Shown here one piece after another: positions 1 to 18,542 of a stretch of DNA of 64,000 nt. The notes below the pieces were generated by a model. That model was not told the DNA's origin and did no database searches. It saw only the letters and a list, made by a program, of their open reading frames with translations. The stretch's first letter is position 1. Each line of letters starts with the position of its first letter. The stretch is from the human T2T-CHM13v2.0 reference genome, Homo sapiens: NCBI RefSeq assembly GCF_009914755.1, contig NC_060944.1; one strand, given 5' to 3'. Made by a program: the position numbers and the translations under genes.

Positions 1-2112
1 TTTTGCATGTAGATATCCACTTTTCCTAGTACCATTTGTTGAAAAAAACTCTTATTTCCCCCATTAAATGGCCTTGACACCTTTGTCAAAAATCACTTGA
101 CCACACATGTAAAGGTTTATTTCTGGGCCTTTATTTATTCTATTATGGGTTTATTTATTCTATTCCATTTTTCTACACATTTGTCTTTATGCAAGTACCA
201 CACTGTTTTGATTACTGTGGCTTTGTAGTAAGTTTTGAAATCAAGAAGTGTGAGTCCTCCAGCTTTATTCTTTTTCAAGATTATTTTGGCTATTTGGGGT
301 CCTTTGAGATTCCATACAAATTTTAGAATGGGTTTTTTTTCTATTTCTGCCAAAAAAAACCTCCTAGAGATTTTGTTAGGAATTGTATTGAATCTGTAGA
401 TTGCTTATATTTATGTCTTATTTAATTTCTTTCAGCAATGTTCTATAGTTGTCATTGTACACATCTTTCACCCCCTTGGCTATGTTAATTCCTAATTCTT
501 TTGATGCTTTTGTAGATTGAATCATTTTCTTAATTTCCTTTTCAGATTGTTCATTGTTAATATATAGAAATGTAACTGATATAACTTTGTATCCTGCTAC
601 TTTGCTAAACTGATTTATTAGTTCTAACAGTGTTTTGTGGAATCTTTAGGCTTTTCTACATTTAAGATCATATTATCTGTGAACAGAGATCATTTTACTC
701 CTTCCTTTTTAATGCGGATGGCTTTGCTTTCTTTTCCTTGCCTAATTGTTCTAGGTAGAACTTCCAGTACTATTTTGAGTAGAGGTGGTGAAAGCAGGCA
801 TCTTTGTCTTGTTCTTGATGTTGGAGGAAAATCTTTCATTCTTTCATCATTGTGTATGATGTTGGCTGTGGGTTTTTCATATATGGCTTTTATTATGTTG
901 AAGCAGTCCTCCTATTCCTAGTTTGTGGAGTGTTTTTTTTTATCATGAAATTATGTTAGAGTTTGTCAAATGCTTTTCCTGCATCAATTGAGATAATCTG
1001 ATATAGGATTCTTGGTTGACAGTTTTTTTCTTTCAGAACTTTGAATTTGTCAGCCCACAGCCTCTGGCCTCCAAAGTTTCTGATAAGAAATCTGCTAATG
1101 ATTTTATTGAGGATTTATTGTATGTGATGAGTCGCATCTCTCTTGCTGCTTCCAAGATTTTATCTTTGGTTTTGGCTTTCAAAAGTTTGATTATACCGTA
1201 TCTTTGTGTGGATCTCTTTGAGTTCATCTTACTTGGAGTTCATTGAGCTTCTTGGATGTTTATATTCATATCTTTAATCAAACTTTGGAAGTCTTAATCA
1301 ATGTTTCTTCAAATATTCTGGGTTTTTTTCTCTCTTCTCCTTCTGGGATGGCTAGACTTCTGAGAGAATGCATATGTTTTTCTGCTTGATGGTGTCCCAC
1401 ATGTCCCTTAGGCAGTGTTTACTTTTCTCCAATCTTATTTATGTTCCTCAGACTCAGTAATTTTCATGGTTCTATCTTCAAGTTCATTGAGTCTCTCTTC
1501 TGTCTAATCAAATCTGCCTTTGAATCCCTCTAGTGCATTTTTAAATTTTGGTTATTGTACTAATCAATACTACAAAAAGTTCTTGTACTTTCTGGTTTCT
1601 TTTTAGGTTTTCCATATCTCTATTGATATTCCCCTTTTGCTTGTACTTGTTTTTTTCACTCTCCACATCTTCCTTTAGTTCTCTGAGCATCTCTAAGACA
1701 ATTGTTTTAATATATTTGTCTAGTAGGTCTGCCATGAGGACTTTCAGAGCTTCTGTTGACTTTTTTCCTTTGAATGTGCCATATTTTTTCTTTTCTTTGT
1801 ATGCCTTGTGATTTTTTGGTTGAAAACTAGACATTTTAGTTTAATAATGTGGTAACTCTAGAAACCAGGTTCTCCCCTTTCCTCAGGGTTTACTTTATTT
1901 TGTTACTGTTTTTTGTTATTGTTGATGTTTCTTTTTTATTGTTATAGGCTATCTCTGTGCCAAGGACACTTTGCCATCCAAGCCTTCACCTAGAAGTTGC
2001 AAGCCTTCAATAGACTCCATGGCTTTAAAATAGTTACAGATTCTGCCAGTACAAGTTTTGGTTAGGTAAGGAAACAGAATCCTAGAGCTTCCTACTCTGC
2101 CATCTTCCCAGA
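1..2112 (-). mobile_element. Old LINE-1 (L1M-type) fragment, internally deleted, with ORF2 and ORF1 remnants
   Basis: Minus-strand ORF 135-353 ([17 protein letters not shown]...[20 protein letters not shown]) resembles L1 ORF2p. ORF 1033-1227 (KDKILEAAREMRLITY...ADFLSETLEAR) resembles L1 ORF1p. The + strand is T-rich and there are many stops. Boundaries approximate. Confidence 0.9.
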
Positions 2113-2237
2113 ATACTTTCCTGGCTAATTATTTCTAAGGGAATAATTTAAGCCCCCAAAGACACCTGGGCCAAGTCTTTCTCTAGAAACTTGATATCTT
2201 TTCTGCTTTCTTTCCCTGCTTTTTCTTTTCCACTTAG

Positions 2238-2712
<475 letters not shown>

Positions 2713-3024
2713 TGAGATAGCAGTGTTCAGACAGTTTATGTGACTTGTCCAAGATCAGAGAGAAAGTAACAAAGCCTAAACTGGAATCCAGATCTCCTGA
2801 CTCCCTATTCACTTATCTTTCCAGTTGCCCTTGTCTCTACAAATCACCAAAAGAAATTGGTTCCTAGAAATAAGGATAATGTAGGGGTGTGCCATCCCCT
2901 ATCCCACTCTTCTGCACCCATCACCACGAAAACAGACAATGTTTATTGCAGGGCCCCATATTAACCTACTTTCTTCTGCAGAGCCTCTAAGCTCCACATT
3001 ATCCAGGAAGCAATACATTGTGAC

Positions 3025-3504
3025 TGTTGAAGTCAAAATAAAACATAGCGATGAATCTCTAACTTTAAAGCATTCTATTTTGGAAGCAAGGATTGCAGTT
3101 TGAGGCATACACACTAACCAGGTGGTCTTCAGTGTGTCTGAGGAACAGAAAGAAGGTTGGGAGTTTTATTAGAGAAATGTTCTATACTGTTTTGAAAGAA
3201 AGCTCATTGGCACTAAAGAATCATTTGGAAAGAAGGGAAAAAAAGAGAAAAAAGAAGCATTTGGGAGCTGGCAAACTCTGATTGGTGAGTGATGGTGGTA
3301 GGCAAAACTATTCTTAAAGTCATGTTTCAGCAGCTACTAAACTAGTCTTGGGGTTACAGCAGGCCATTTTAGCAGCTGGGCTTGTGAAAAATTTAATTCA
3401 TGGAGCAGGTGCTGTGCCCCAAGTGCTTCTTCCCTCCTGGTCCCTAGACTCTGATTTAGTTGGGTATGACAAGAATGACCCAGTTTGTGTGATCAGCTTT
3501 CACA
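3025..3504 (-). mobile_element. ERV1-class solo LTR, MER67-like
   Basis: TG...CA termini. Reverse complement begins tgtgaaagctgatcacacaaactgggtcattcttgtcatacccaactaaatcagagtc, like the recalled MER67 consensus. Near 4-bp TSD tgac/taac. Confidence 0.65.
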
Positions 3505-4460
3505 TAACCTTGTAAATTCTAGTTGATCCAAGGAAAACCAACTAAGTAAGGAGAAGAAAAGAACTGCAGCGTCATAGTTTTTGAGTCTGTGTAAGTACAG
3601 CCCTTTGACTGAAATCTGAAAATTATGAGACCAATATTCCTGCAAAAAAAGGTCCCAAAGAGATTTTACTAATAAGGTGGGCTGGGCCTCAGCAATCTGC
3701 CCATCAAGAGTTTAGCTTCTCCACCAACTACTCCTTAACTCACCCGGAATTTCTGAAACAAGCTGAATTAGACCCTTCTTTGGCAGGACTTGTTTTTCTA
3801 GGTTAACTCAATTAGACTGTTTTATTCCGTCTCTTGGGATCCATTCTGAATTAAATTTTCATTAAACTCTGCCCTTGGAGTATCCTTGATGCAACCACTT
3901 CCCTTCCAATCCCTTGTAACCTCAATGTCAACATCAATTCCAATTCTAAAGAATTGGGAGAAATATGGGAAGAACAGACCACAAGACTTCTGGCAACCAG
4001 AATGAGTATGAAGGCATGACGTTTGCTTGGCTGAAAGCAAAGAGATGAGGTGGGGAAGCCAGCTCTGGGAGATCCTGGGATCTTTAAAAAATCTCAGAGC
4101 AACACGCCTTGCCTCTGCTATCCACGGACAGGAAAGACGCTCTGCTTTGGCGACCCTTAGAGGGGCTAATAGAGGCACAGTCACTTGCACCGTAAATAGG
4201 AGGAAACAATTTTCTTTTCTTCTGCCGCCTATAGAGATTCTATTTTCTTCTCTAAGTTTAACTTTTATATGAACTGGGTTGCTAGAGAGCTCCTTTGTAA
4301 AATAAAGGATAACCCTTTACCTTTTGCTTCTTTTGTAAAACCTCTCTTGATCTGCTTGCAGCTGCCTTTCAGCTGATGAAACATTTCCTATTTTCACTGT
4401 GGATCTGAAAGAACCTTCCTGCCTGTGAGATGTGGTGAAGTTTGAAATAATTTTGTAGTA

Positions 4461-4582
4461 TGATTGGTTGTTTTCTTGTTCTTGTCTTTGAAGTTATAGA
4501 TGAGCAAGCAGCAAATCTCTACAGCTGCAAGGTGAAAAAGGAAGTTCCTTGGCCTGGGCTCTTTGCGGGAAAGCATGTGAGT
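4461..4582 (+). promoter_or_regulatory. ASIP: Candidate ASIP promoter and short non-coding first exon ending at a donor at 4576|4577
   Basis: Unique (non-repeat) sequence ~18.9 kb upstream of the first coding exon. Inverted CCAAT (ATTGG ~4463), TATA-like TTATAGA (~4494), donor CAT|GTGAGT. The distance is similar to mouse hair-cycle exons 1B/1C (inference). Confidence 0.5.
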
Positions 4583-5089
4583 TTAGATGGCAACTTTAAT
4601 CTGCTTTCAGGAGTGAAGCTGCTGCTACTTTGGAAAGTTGAAAGGACTTAACAGTTATCCCTCCTTTCTTGGAAAGTTAAACAGATTTTTTTGATTCACT
4701 TTTGTGGGTCAGAGTAGTTAAGAGGAGTTCAGTGTGAAGAAAGCAGTTGATCTTTTGCTAACTAGTGGCTTCTTTCTCTTTACTCTGTGCCTTTTCCATT
4801 GCCTAGCAGTAAACGAATAAATAAATATATCTATATGTATATCTAAGAAAGAAGTACTCCTAAATATCGACCCTGACCCCAAAGTCACACTTTAATGCTT
4901 CTTTAAATGTCTTCAGAAAGTTGCTTGTGGTTTCAGATTTCTAATAACTCTTACAGAGCAGAATTTAGGATTTAGGGATCAGTCTGCACGTGTAGCATTT
5001 GTTCATTTCATATTTATTAGAGATGAAACAGATGACCAAAATTCCATTTATTGCAGACTCTCCTTTTCCTTTGTAAATGTTTGACTTTT

Positions 5090-5167
5090 CTGAATGGATA
5101 TCCATATTCACACATTTTAATGCCCATTAAAGGAAGCTCAGGTTAATGTTTTCAATTGTAGGTGAGT
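5090..5167 (+). other. ASIP: Second candidate non-coding ASIP 5' exon (donor TAG|GTGAGT at 5161|5162)
   Basis: Strong 5' splice site in the same unique island, 585 nt after the first donor. The 5' boundary is a guess. Confidence 0.3.
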
Positions 5168-5235
5168 TCGCTCTGCTTCAGTGATATGGAACATTTTGTT
5201 CTGCTGTTTCCATTGGAGGAGATTAAAGAGGCTAA

Positions 5236-5532
<297 letters not shown>

Positions 5533-6870
5533 TAGTCTCAAACTCCTGGCCTCAGGTGATCTGCCCACCTCAGCCTCCCAAAGTGCTGGGATTACAGGCG
5601 TGAGCCACAGCACCCAGCCAGTCATTTTGGGTTTTCTTTGGTTATTTTGGATGCCTTACTGGGACCCACTCAAAAAACAAACAAACAACAAAACAAAACA
5701 AAATGAAAAACACTTTCATAAATGTCTGTCTCAAAACCTTTTCTACTTTCTCCAAATAGAACTAATGCATACATATTCTTAAGATTTGCTCAGCTATATC
5801 TCCTTGGTTCTGACTTAATCCTCTTCTGCAGAAAATTTCATCTCACATCAAAGCCTCTTCCCTCCTTCTGCTGTAAAGTTGTTGAGAGCTGTCACAGACT
5901 GTCAGCTCAGCTTCAGCTATGCTTAATGAGTGCTTGTGCAGAATGCACCCCAGGTAAAGGAATTCAGAAATCAAAAGACATGATTACTGAGAAGGAGAAA
6001 AGGCAGAGAAGTGATTTCTGGAGAGCATAAACAAAACCAATATAGTACCCACTAAGGTCTTTGTTGAGTAATGATAGATAAAACAGCCTAAAGGGAATGA
6101 TGTCAGGAGATCTAAAACAATCATTTAGCATCGCCTATCAGCATTGTATTCCTTGTACACTGTGGGAATGAACATCTGGGAAGCCTAGACTCTGACCCCT
6201 GTTTCAGTGGAACAGGGAGACAGATTTCACACTGACAAACAGCTGCCTGAAGGAGTCTTGTCCTTTTGTCCCTTGAGAAGGGACACAGCCTCAAGTCTTC
6301 TCTCAAGTTCTAACTCAGGACCCCTCAGGCAGTCTGGGCCTGCCATATGGTTCTTGGTCTCAAAGAAGAGTTCTGAAGCAGGTTGTCTACAGAAGATTCA
6401 AACCACCCATTAAAATATTATTCAATTTGGCATCTGTTAGGCATAACAATTAGACTAGCCAATTCAGTCACAATAGTGAAATCGGTACGTGTATGTAGAT
6501 ACAGCCCAAGAGATCAAATAATTTTAGTGTTGTTAAGAAAAAATTATTCTGAATTTTTTTTTACACAAGGACAATTTTAATCCTGCATTTTCCTGTGGTA
6601 ACATCCACTGCTGGCTAGCTATGGATTGAAACTGCATTTGCTAAGAACTGTGGAGCACATGTTGATACAGGCACACAGACATCTGCCAGCACCAACAGAA
6701 TACATATGTAACACATACCAGATAGTCTCGATGGATAAATTTGCTCCACCAGTAATTCTATTTAGTAGAATTCACAGTTAATGCAGAATTTCATTTTTAA
6801 ATTTTACATCTTTCTAATACTTTACATTTTTCTAATATTGTATTTAAAAAAAAAAAAAAAAAACTGTCTC

Positions 6871-7175
6871 GCCGGGCGCGGTGGCTCACGCCTGTAATCC
6901 CAGCACTTTGGGAGGCCGAGGCGGGTGGATCATGAAGTCAGGAGATCGAGACCATCCTGGCTAACACGATGAAACCCCGTCTCTACTAAAAATACAAAAA
7001 AATTAACCGGGCGTGGTGGCGGGCGCCTGTAGTCCCAGCTACTCAGGAGGCTGAGGCAGGAGAATGGCGTGAACCCGGGAAGCGGAGCTTGCAGTGAGCC
7101 GAGATTGCGCCACTGCACTCCAGCCTGGGCGACAGAGTGAGACTCCATCTCAAAACAAACAAACAAACAAAAAAA
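6871..7175 (+). mobile_element. AluY
   Basis: Full dimer with gaatggcgtgaacccggga...cggagcttgcagtgagccgagattgcgcca, CpG-rich, (AAAC)n tail. Confidence 0.9.
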
Positions 7176-8140
7176 CTCTCATTCAAGATCGTAATTTGCA
7201 TGACAATAAACCATGGTTTTGTGGGCTCTAAGTTTCTTAGAAGTGTCCGCAGCAATTTAGAACAAACACCGCAAGTCTTCCTTCCAATTTGCAGCATCTG
7301 ATTTAAAGTTTAAATTCATCTAATGCATCATTAAAACTGTCATTTTTACTTCTCTTGTCATTAAAACTTCTCTTGTGAGAAGACATGTTTCACTTGCTAT
7401 TTCCAGGACTACATCTTGAGCATGGGTGTACAGTATTTTTCATTGGTTAGCAGAATTTTACTCACATAATTTATAGCCAGAATAAGAACCTCTAGCCTCT
7501 CTGAATGGCCTTCCACTCAGAACAATGATGATGATTAATGTCTAAAATGTGTCTGAGGTGCCCGCCTTTGACATTACCAAAATGTTTCCAAGTAATCTTA
7601 GAAAATATGATTCTTTAAACATATGCGTAATATTCTACCACACAATGTGCCATCACTTGTTTAATCATTTTCCAATTGTTCATTTGTAACATTTGCAATT
7701 TTTCATTATAAATAATATTGTGATGAATACTTTCATCCATAAGTTTTACGCAAGGCTGGTTATTTCTTCTAATGTCTTCTAATGTCAAAGAAGTGGCTTA
7801 CTGTTTCAAACAGCGCACATTCATGGTTTTAAGGCTTTTAGCATACTTTATCAAATAATCTCCAGAATAGCTCGAACAACTCCTACCAACAGTATGTTAT
7901 TGTGCCCGTAGGGTGGACTTTGTAACAACAAAGCAAATTGAACCACAAATTTATTAGATTCACACCCATCTCAAAACTGTCACATCAATGAAGCAAGGAG
8001 ACGTATTACTGGTTAGGAAGCCAAATTCAAATTATTTTTAAAAATCACTCAGCTTTAGATCAGTAAAATAATCAACAAAAATGCTCCACATAAAAAGTCT
8101 ACCGGGTTTTTCAAAAAATAAAAAGACAAAGAGAGAGTCA

Positions 8141-8774
<634 letters not shown>

Positions 8775-9616
8775 AAATGACCAAAATTTTTTATTTGACT
8801 AAATTCTATTCATGCATGAGCATGACAGTCTCCCTGTTTATTTGACTTTGGCAATTAAAAAAACAAGCAACCTTGTACAAAACAGTGAAAATGCCAAGGA
8901 CGAGGGCAGTCTACAGTTTTACTGTAGAATATATATATATTCTACAGTAAATATATATATATGTATATATAAAGGCCTCTCTCCCTTTGGCCATATCAAC
9001 TCTCAGTTCAGGCCATTAAATACAGACAAATTTTCAAATTCACTTCTTTACTTCTCCAAGATCTTTGATGCTGTCATCATCTACTTCTGGCCATTTTTCT
9101 GAATGACATGAATTATGTCATCTGTAAAGTCTCCCCGAATAATTTCATCCTCCCCATTACTGAGGCAGCACAGGAGAATTTTTGAGCAAAAATCTTTGTG
9201 CTTCTTTAAGATCAATTTCAAAAGTTGCAAGGCCACACACTCTTGTCACATGTTTCTTCTTTGCTCTAGGAATTTTGGCCTTAGTAAGCTTTTGTGGTAT
9301 GGTCTTCTTTTTTTGTTTTATTTGGCCTCTTCCACCTCTCTTCTGTTTTTTCTTCTCCTCTTCTTCCCCTGCTGTTCCTTGACCCTCACTAATTCCAGCT
9401 TCTTGTTTGGGTGAATTTTCTACAGTAAATTTTGCAAGTTCATTTAGAAAATTCTTCTCTAACCATTGTTTACAATGAGCAACATCAGGCATATATTCAC
9501 AGTACTCTGTTGGTAATGAACAGACTCCACAATAAAGGACTCGAAGTGGGTAATTGGCATCTAACTTGGCACTGTTCCTTGGGTCTCCTTTGCAATCAGC
9601 CCCACTGGATTCAGAA

Positions 9617-14660
<5,044 letters not shown>

Positions 14661-14730
14661 TTCTCTGTGTAACTATTTAAGCTGCCCAGTGGCACAATGA
14701 CAGGGAGGCAAGAATTGGAAATGAGGAATT

Positions 14731-15083
14731 TGCTATGTTCTGAATGTTTATGCCCTCTCAGATTCAGATGTTGAAATCCTCACTGCCAAGGTTATAGTGT
14801 AAGGAGGTGGGGCCTTTTGGAGGTGACTAGGTCATGGTGGCAGAGCCCTCATGAATGAGACTAGTGCCTTTACAAAAGAGGCCCAAGGGAAAGCCCTTCC
14901 ACCTTGTGAGATTAGAGAGATGATGGCTGTCTATGAAGAAATAGGCCCTCACTAGATATCGAATCTGCCTGCACCTTGATCTTGGACTTCCCAGCCTCCA
15001 GAACCATGAGAAATAAATTTCCGTTGTTTAGAAACCACCCAGTCTATGATATTTTGTTATAGTCACCTAAACAGACTAAGACA
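14731..15083 (+). mobile_element. MaLR solo LTR (MST/MLT1A-like)
   Basis: Starts tgctatgttctgaatgtt and ends gactaagaca. AATAAA at 15012. Near 5-bp TSD gaatt/ggatt. Confidence 0.8.
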
Positions 15084-15198
15084 GGATTCATAGAATTAAG
15101 GATAGAAGGTAGATTCTTTCATTCATATAACAAATTTTTGTCAAGTTTCCACTCTGTGCCTCAGACTCTATAGTGAGTCATATAGTCCTATCCTCTTA

Positions 15199-16516
15199 TG
15201 AAGGGGGCCTGCCCCTCCACACCTGTGGGTATTTCTCATCAGGTGGGACGAGAGACTGAGAAAAGAAATAAGACACAGAGACAAAGTATAGAGAAAGAAC
15301 AGTGGGCCCAGGAGACCGGTGCTCAGTATACAGAGGACCCGCACTGGTGCCAGTCTCTGAGTTCCCTCAGTATTTATTGATTATTATTTTTACTATTTTA
15401 GTGAGGGGAGTGTAGCAGGGCAACAGGTGGGGAGAAGGTCAGCAGGGAAACATGTGAGCAAAGGAATTAGTATCATGAGTAAGTTCAAGGAAAGGTACTG
15501 TGCCTGGATGTGCACGTAGGCTAGATTTATGTTTTTCTTTACCCAAACATCTCAGTGTAGCAAAGAGTAACAGAGCAGTATTGTTGTCAGTATATCTCCC
15601 CTCTAGCCACAGGGCGGTTTTCTCCTATTTTCTCCTATCTTAGAATAAAATGAATGGGAATGGTCGGCTGTACACTGAGACATTCCATTCCCAGGGAGGA
15701 GCAGGAGACAGATGCCTTCCTCTTATCTCAACTGCAAAGAGGCCTCCCTCTTTCACTACTCCCCCTCAGCACAGACCCTTTATGGGTGTCGGGTTGGGGG
15801 ATGGTAAGGTCTTTCCTTTCCCACGAGGCCATATCTCAGGCTGTCTCAGTGGGGGGAAACCTTGGACAATACCCAGGCTTTCTTGGGCAGAGGTCCCTGC
15901 GGACATTGTGTCCAGTGCATTGTGTCCCTGGTTAATCGAGAATGGAGAATGGCGATGACTTTTACCAGGCATACTGCCTGCAAACATGTTAACAAGGCAC
16001 ATCCTGCACAGCCCTAAATCCATTAAACTTTGATTCAATACAGCACATGTTTCTGTGAGCACAGGGTTGGGACTAAAGTTACAGGTTAACAGCATCTCAA
16101 AGCAGAAACAATTTTTCTTAGTACAGATCAAAATGGAGTTTTTTATGTCTTCCTTTTCTACATAGACACAGTAACAACCTGATCTCTCTTTCTTTTTTTT
16201 TTATTTTTTTTTTAGACGAAGTCTCGCTCTGTTGCCCAGGCTGGAGTGCAGTGGCTCACTCAGCTCACTGCAAGCTCTGCCTCTTGGGTTCACACCATTC
16301 TCCTGCCTCAGCCTCCCGAGTAGCTGGGACTACAGGTGTCTGCCACCACGCCCGCCTAATTTTTTTGTATTTTTAGTAGAGACGGGGTTTCACCATGTTA
16401 GCCAGGATGGTCTTGATCTCCTGACCTCATGATCCGCCTGCCTCAGCCTCCCAAAGTGCTGGGATTACGGGCGTGAGCCACCGCGCCCAGCCTGATCTCT
16501 CTTTCTTTTCCCTACG
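15199..16516 (-). mobile_element. HERV-K (HML-2) LTR5A/LTR5B-type solo LTR with an AluY inserted near its 5' end
   Basis: Reverse complement reads (c)gtagggaaaagaaagagagatcag...cccacaggtgtggaggggcaggcccccttca. Perfect 6-bp TSD ctctta (15193-15198, 16517-16522). Nested Alu ~16191-16492 has TSD tgatctctctttctttt. Confidence 0.9.
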
Positions 16517-16535
16517 CTCTTATTTTTATTTTATT

Positions 16536-16570
<35 letters not shown>

Positions 16571-17087
16571 TTTTTTAGAGACAGAGTCTTGCTCCGTTGC
16601 CCAGGCCGGAGTGCAATGGCACAATCTCAGCTCACTGCAACCTCCGCCTCCCGGTTCAAGCGATTCTTCTGCTTCAGCCTCCCAAGTAGCTGGGATTATA
16701 GGCATGCACCACCAAGCCTGGCTAATTTTTGTATTTTTAGTAGAGACGGGTTTCACCATGTTGGCCATGCTGGTCTCAAACTCCTGGCCTCAAGTGATGC
16801 ACCCACCTCAGCTTCCCAAAGTGCTGGGCTTATAGGCGTGAGTGCCGGGCCCTTAAAACTGAGAAAGCTGAGACCTAGGTGGACCTAGGGTCAGGCAGCC
16901 ATTTAAATGACAGGTTCATCCAAGTGATCTGACTCGTGTGTCTGGATCCTTCTTTTTATCCACCATGCTGAAGAGAAACTCATCTTAAGTCCTAAATACA
17001 GATGATGAATTTAAAAGGAGAACTGTCATCAGAGATATCACACATCAAATAACAGTCTTCATCATTGCAGAGTGGAAAGACAGTTGA

Positions 17088-17468
<381 letters not shown>

Positions 17469-17520
17469 TAATAGCAGGGAGTGTGTTTCTCTAATGAGTA
17501 ATAACAGCAACAAGGTCTGT

Positions 17521-17888
17521 ACAGATCCAAAAACGTTTACCTGTAATTGCAAAATCCCAACACCCTGAAAAGTATAAGGTTTTGTTCCCCCTTTGGCAAC
17601 TCATTTGGCAGCAAAATCTGAACTTACCTGAAGACATTTGGCAACAAAACCCGTCCCGAATTGATGTGAATCAATTCATAGTCTGTATTCATCCTGCCTA
17701 TTATGAAGATCCATGCCTTTTTGCTATAGAAGCATTAATATTTTCATTATAGGGTTCTCCCAGACCCCTTATATGTGGTTTAACATAATATATGGATGAT
17801 ACTATTTTTCTAACGTTCACAAAGTTCTGAATTCTAAAAAACATCTGACCCCAAGAATCCTAATACAACTAAACATTATGGACCTGTA
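17521..17888. mobile_element. TcMar-Tigger MITE, MER46-like
   Basis: Termini tacagatcc...ggacctgta flanked by TA; degenerate. Confidence 0.45.
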
Positions 17889-18542
17889 TTACATTTAGAA
17901 TATACATATCCCTCCAGAATTGAGGTAAGGAATACTGGTCTTTAACTTTCTCCCTATTATACCCAAATAAGATTTACTCCACTGAGACTTTACCAATCCA
18001 AGACTCAGTCCAACTGTATGGTTCTACCAGGAGAACTGTTTTGCCGGGGGTTGGTCTGTTTGTCTTAAACTAACCCCTAGGATTCACTTTTCCTGAGTTA
18101 GGCTGGGGATTTGACCTGGTGAGATCTCCTGCCTACCCATTGTGCAGTGAATAGTGTTTATATTAGGCTTATGGCTGCTCTGATGGTGAACTGAGCTTGT
18201 ACCTACATTATGAAGTGTTCAGAGCAAGTGATCACTGTGGACTTTGGCCAGTCCATGGACATCCAGTCCCATGGATATTGGCCTCTGGTCATGAGCTGTC
18301 CCACTACCCCTTGGATTTGTGAATATTGAACTGGACTGTTGATTCAGCCCCCTCGTTCTCAATCCTGTTCCTGGGTCTAACTTAATCTTCCCCAAACTCC
18401 TGCCACCTTTTTCTTTCTTCCTTTCTTTTCTTTTTTGGTATGATCACAGCTCACTGGAGCCTCAACCTCCCAGGTTCAAGCAATCCTCCCTCCCACCTCA
18501 CCCTCCCAAGAGGCTGGGACCACAGGTGTGTACTATCACACC

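Noticed and set aside
135-1834. Functional L1 ORF1/ORF2
   Set aside because: Fragmented by stops, frameshifts and a large deletion
15199-16190. SVA (SINE-R) insertion like those reported in ASIP intron 1
   Set aside because: It has complete LTR termini and a 6-bp TSD, and lacks the VNTR, CCCTCT hexamer and SVA poly(A); no SVA is visible in this window
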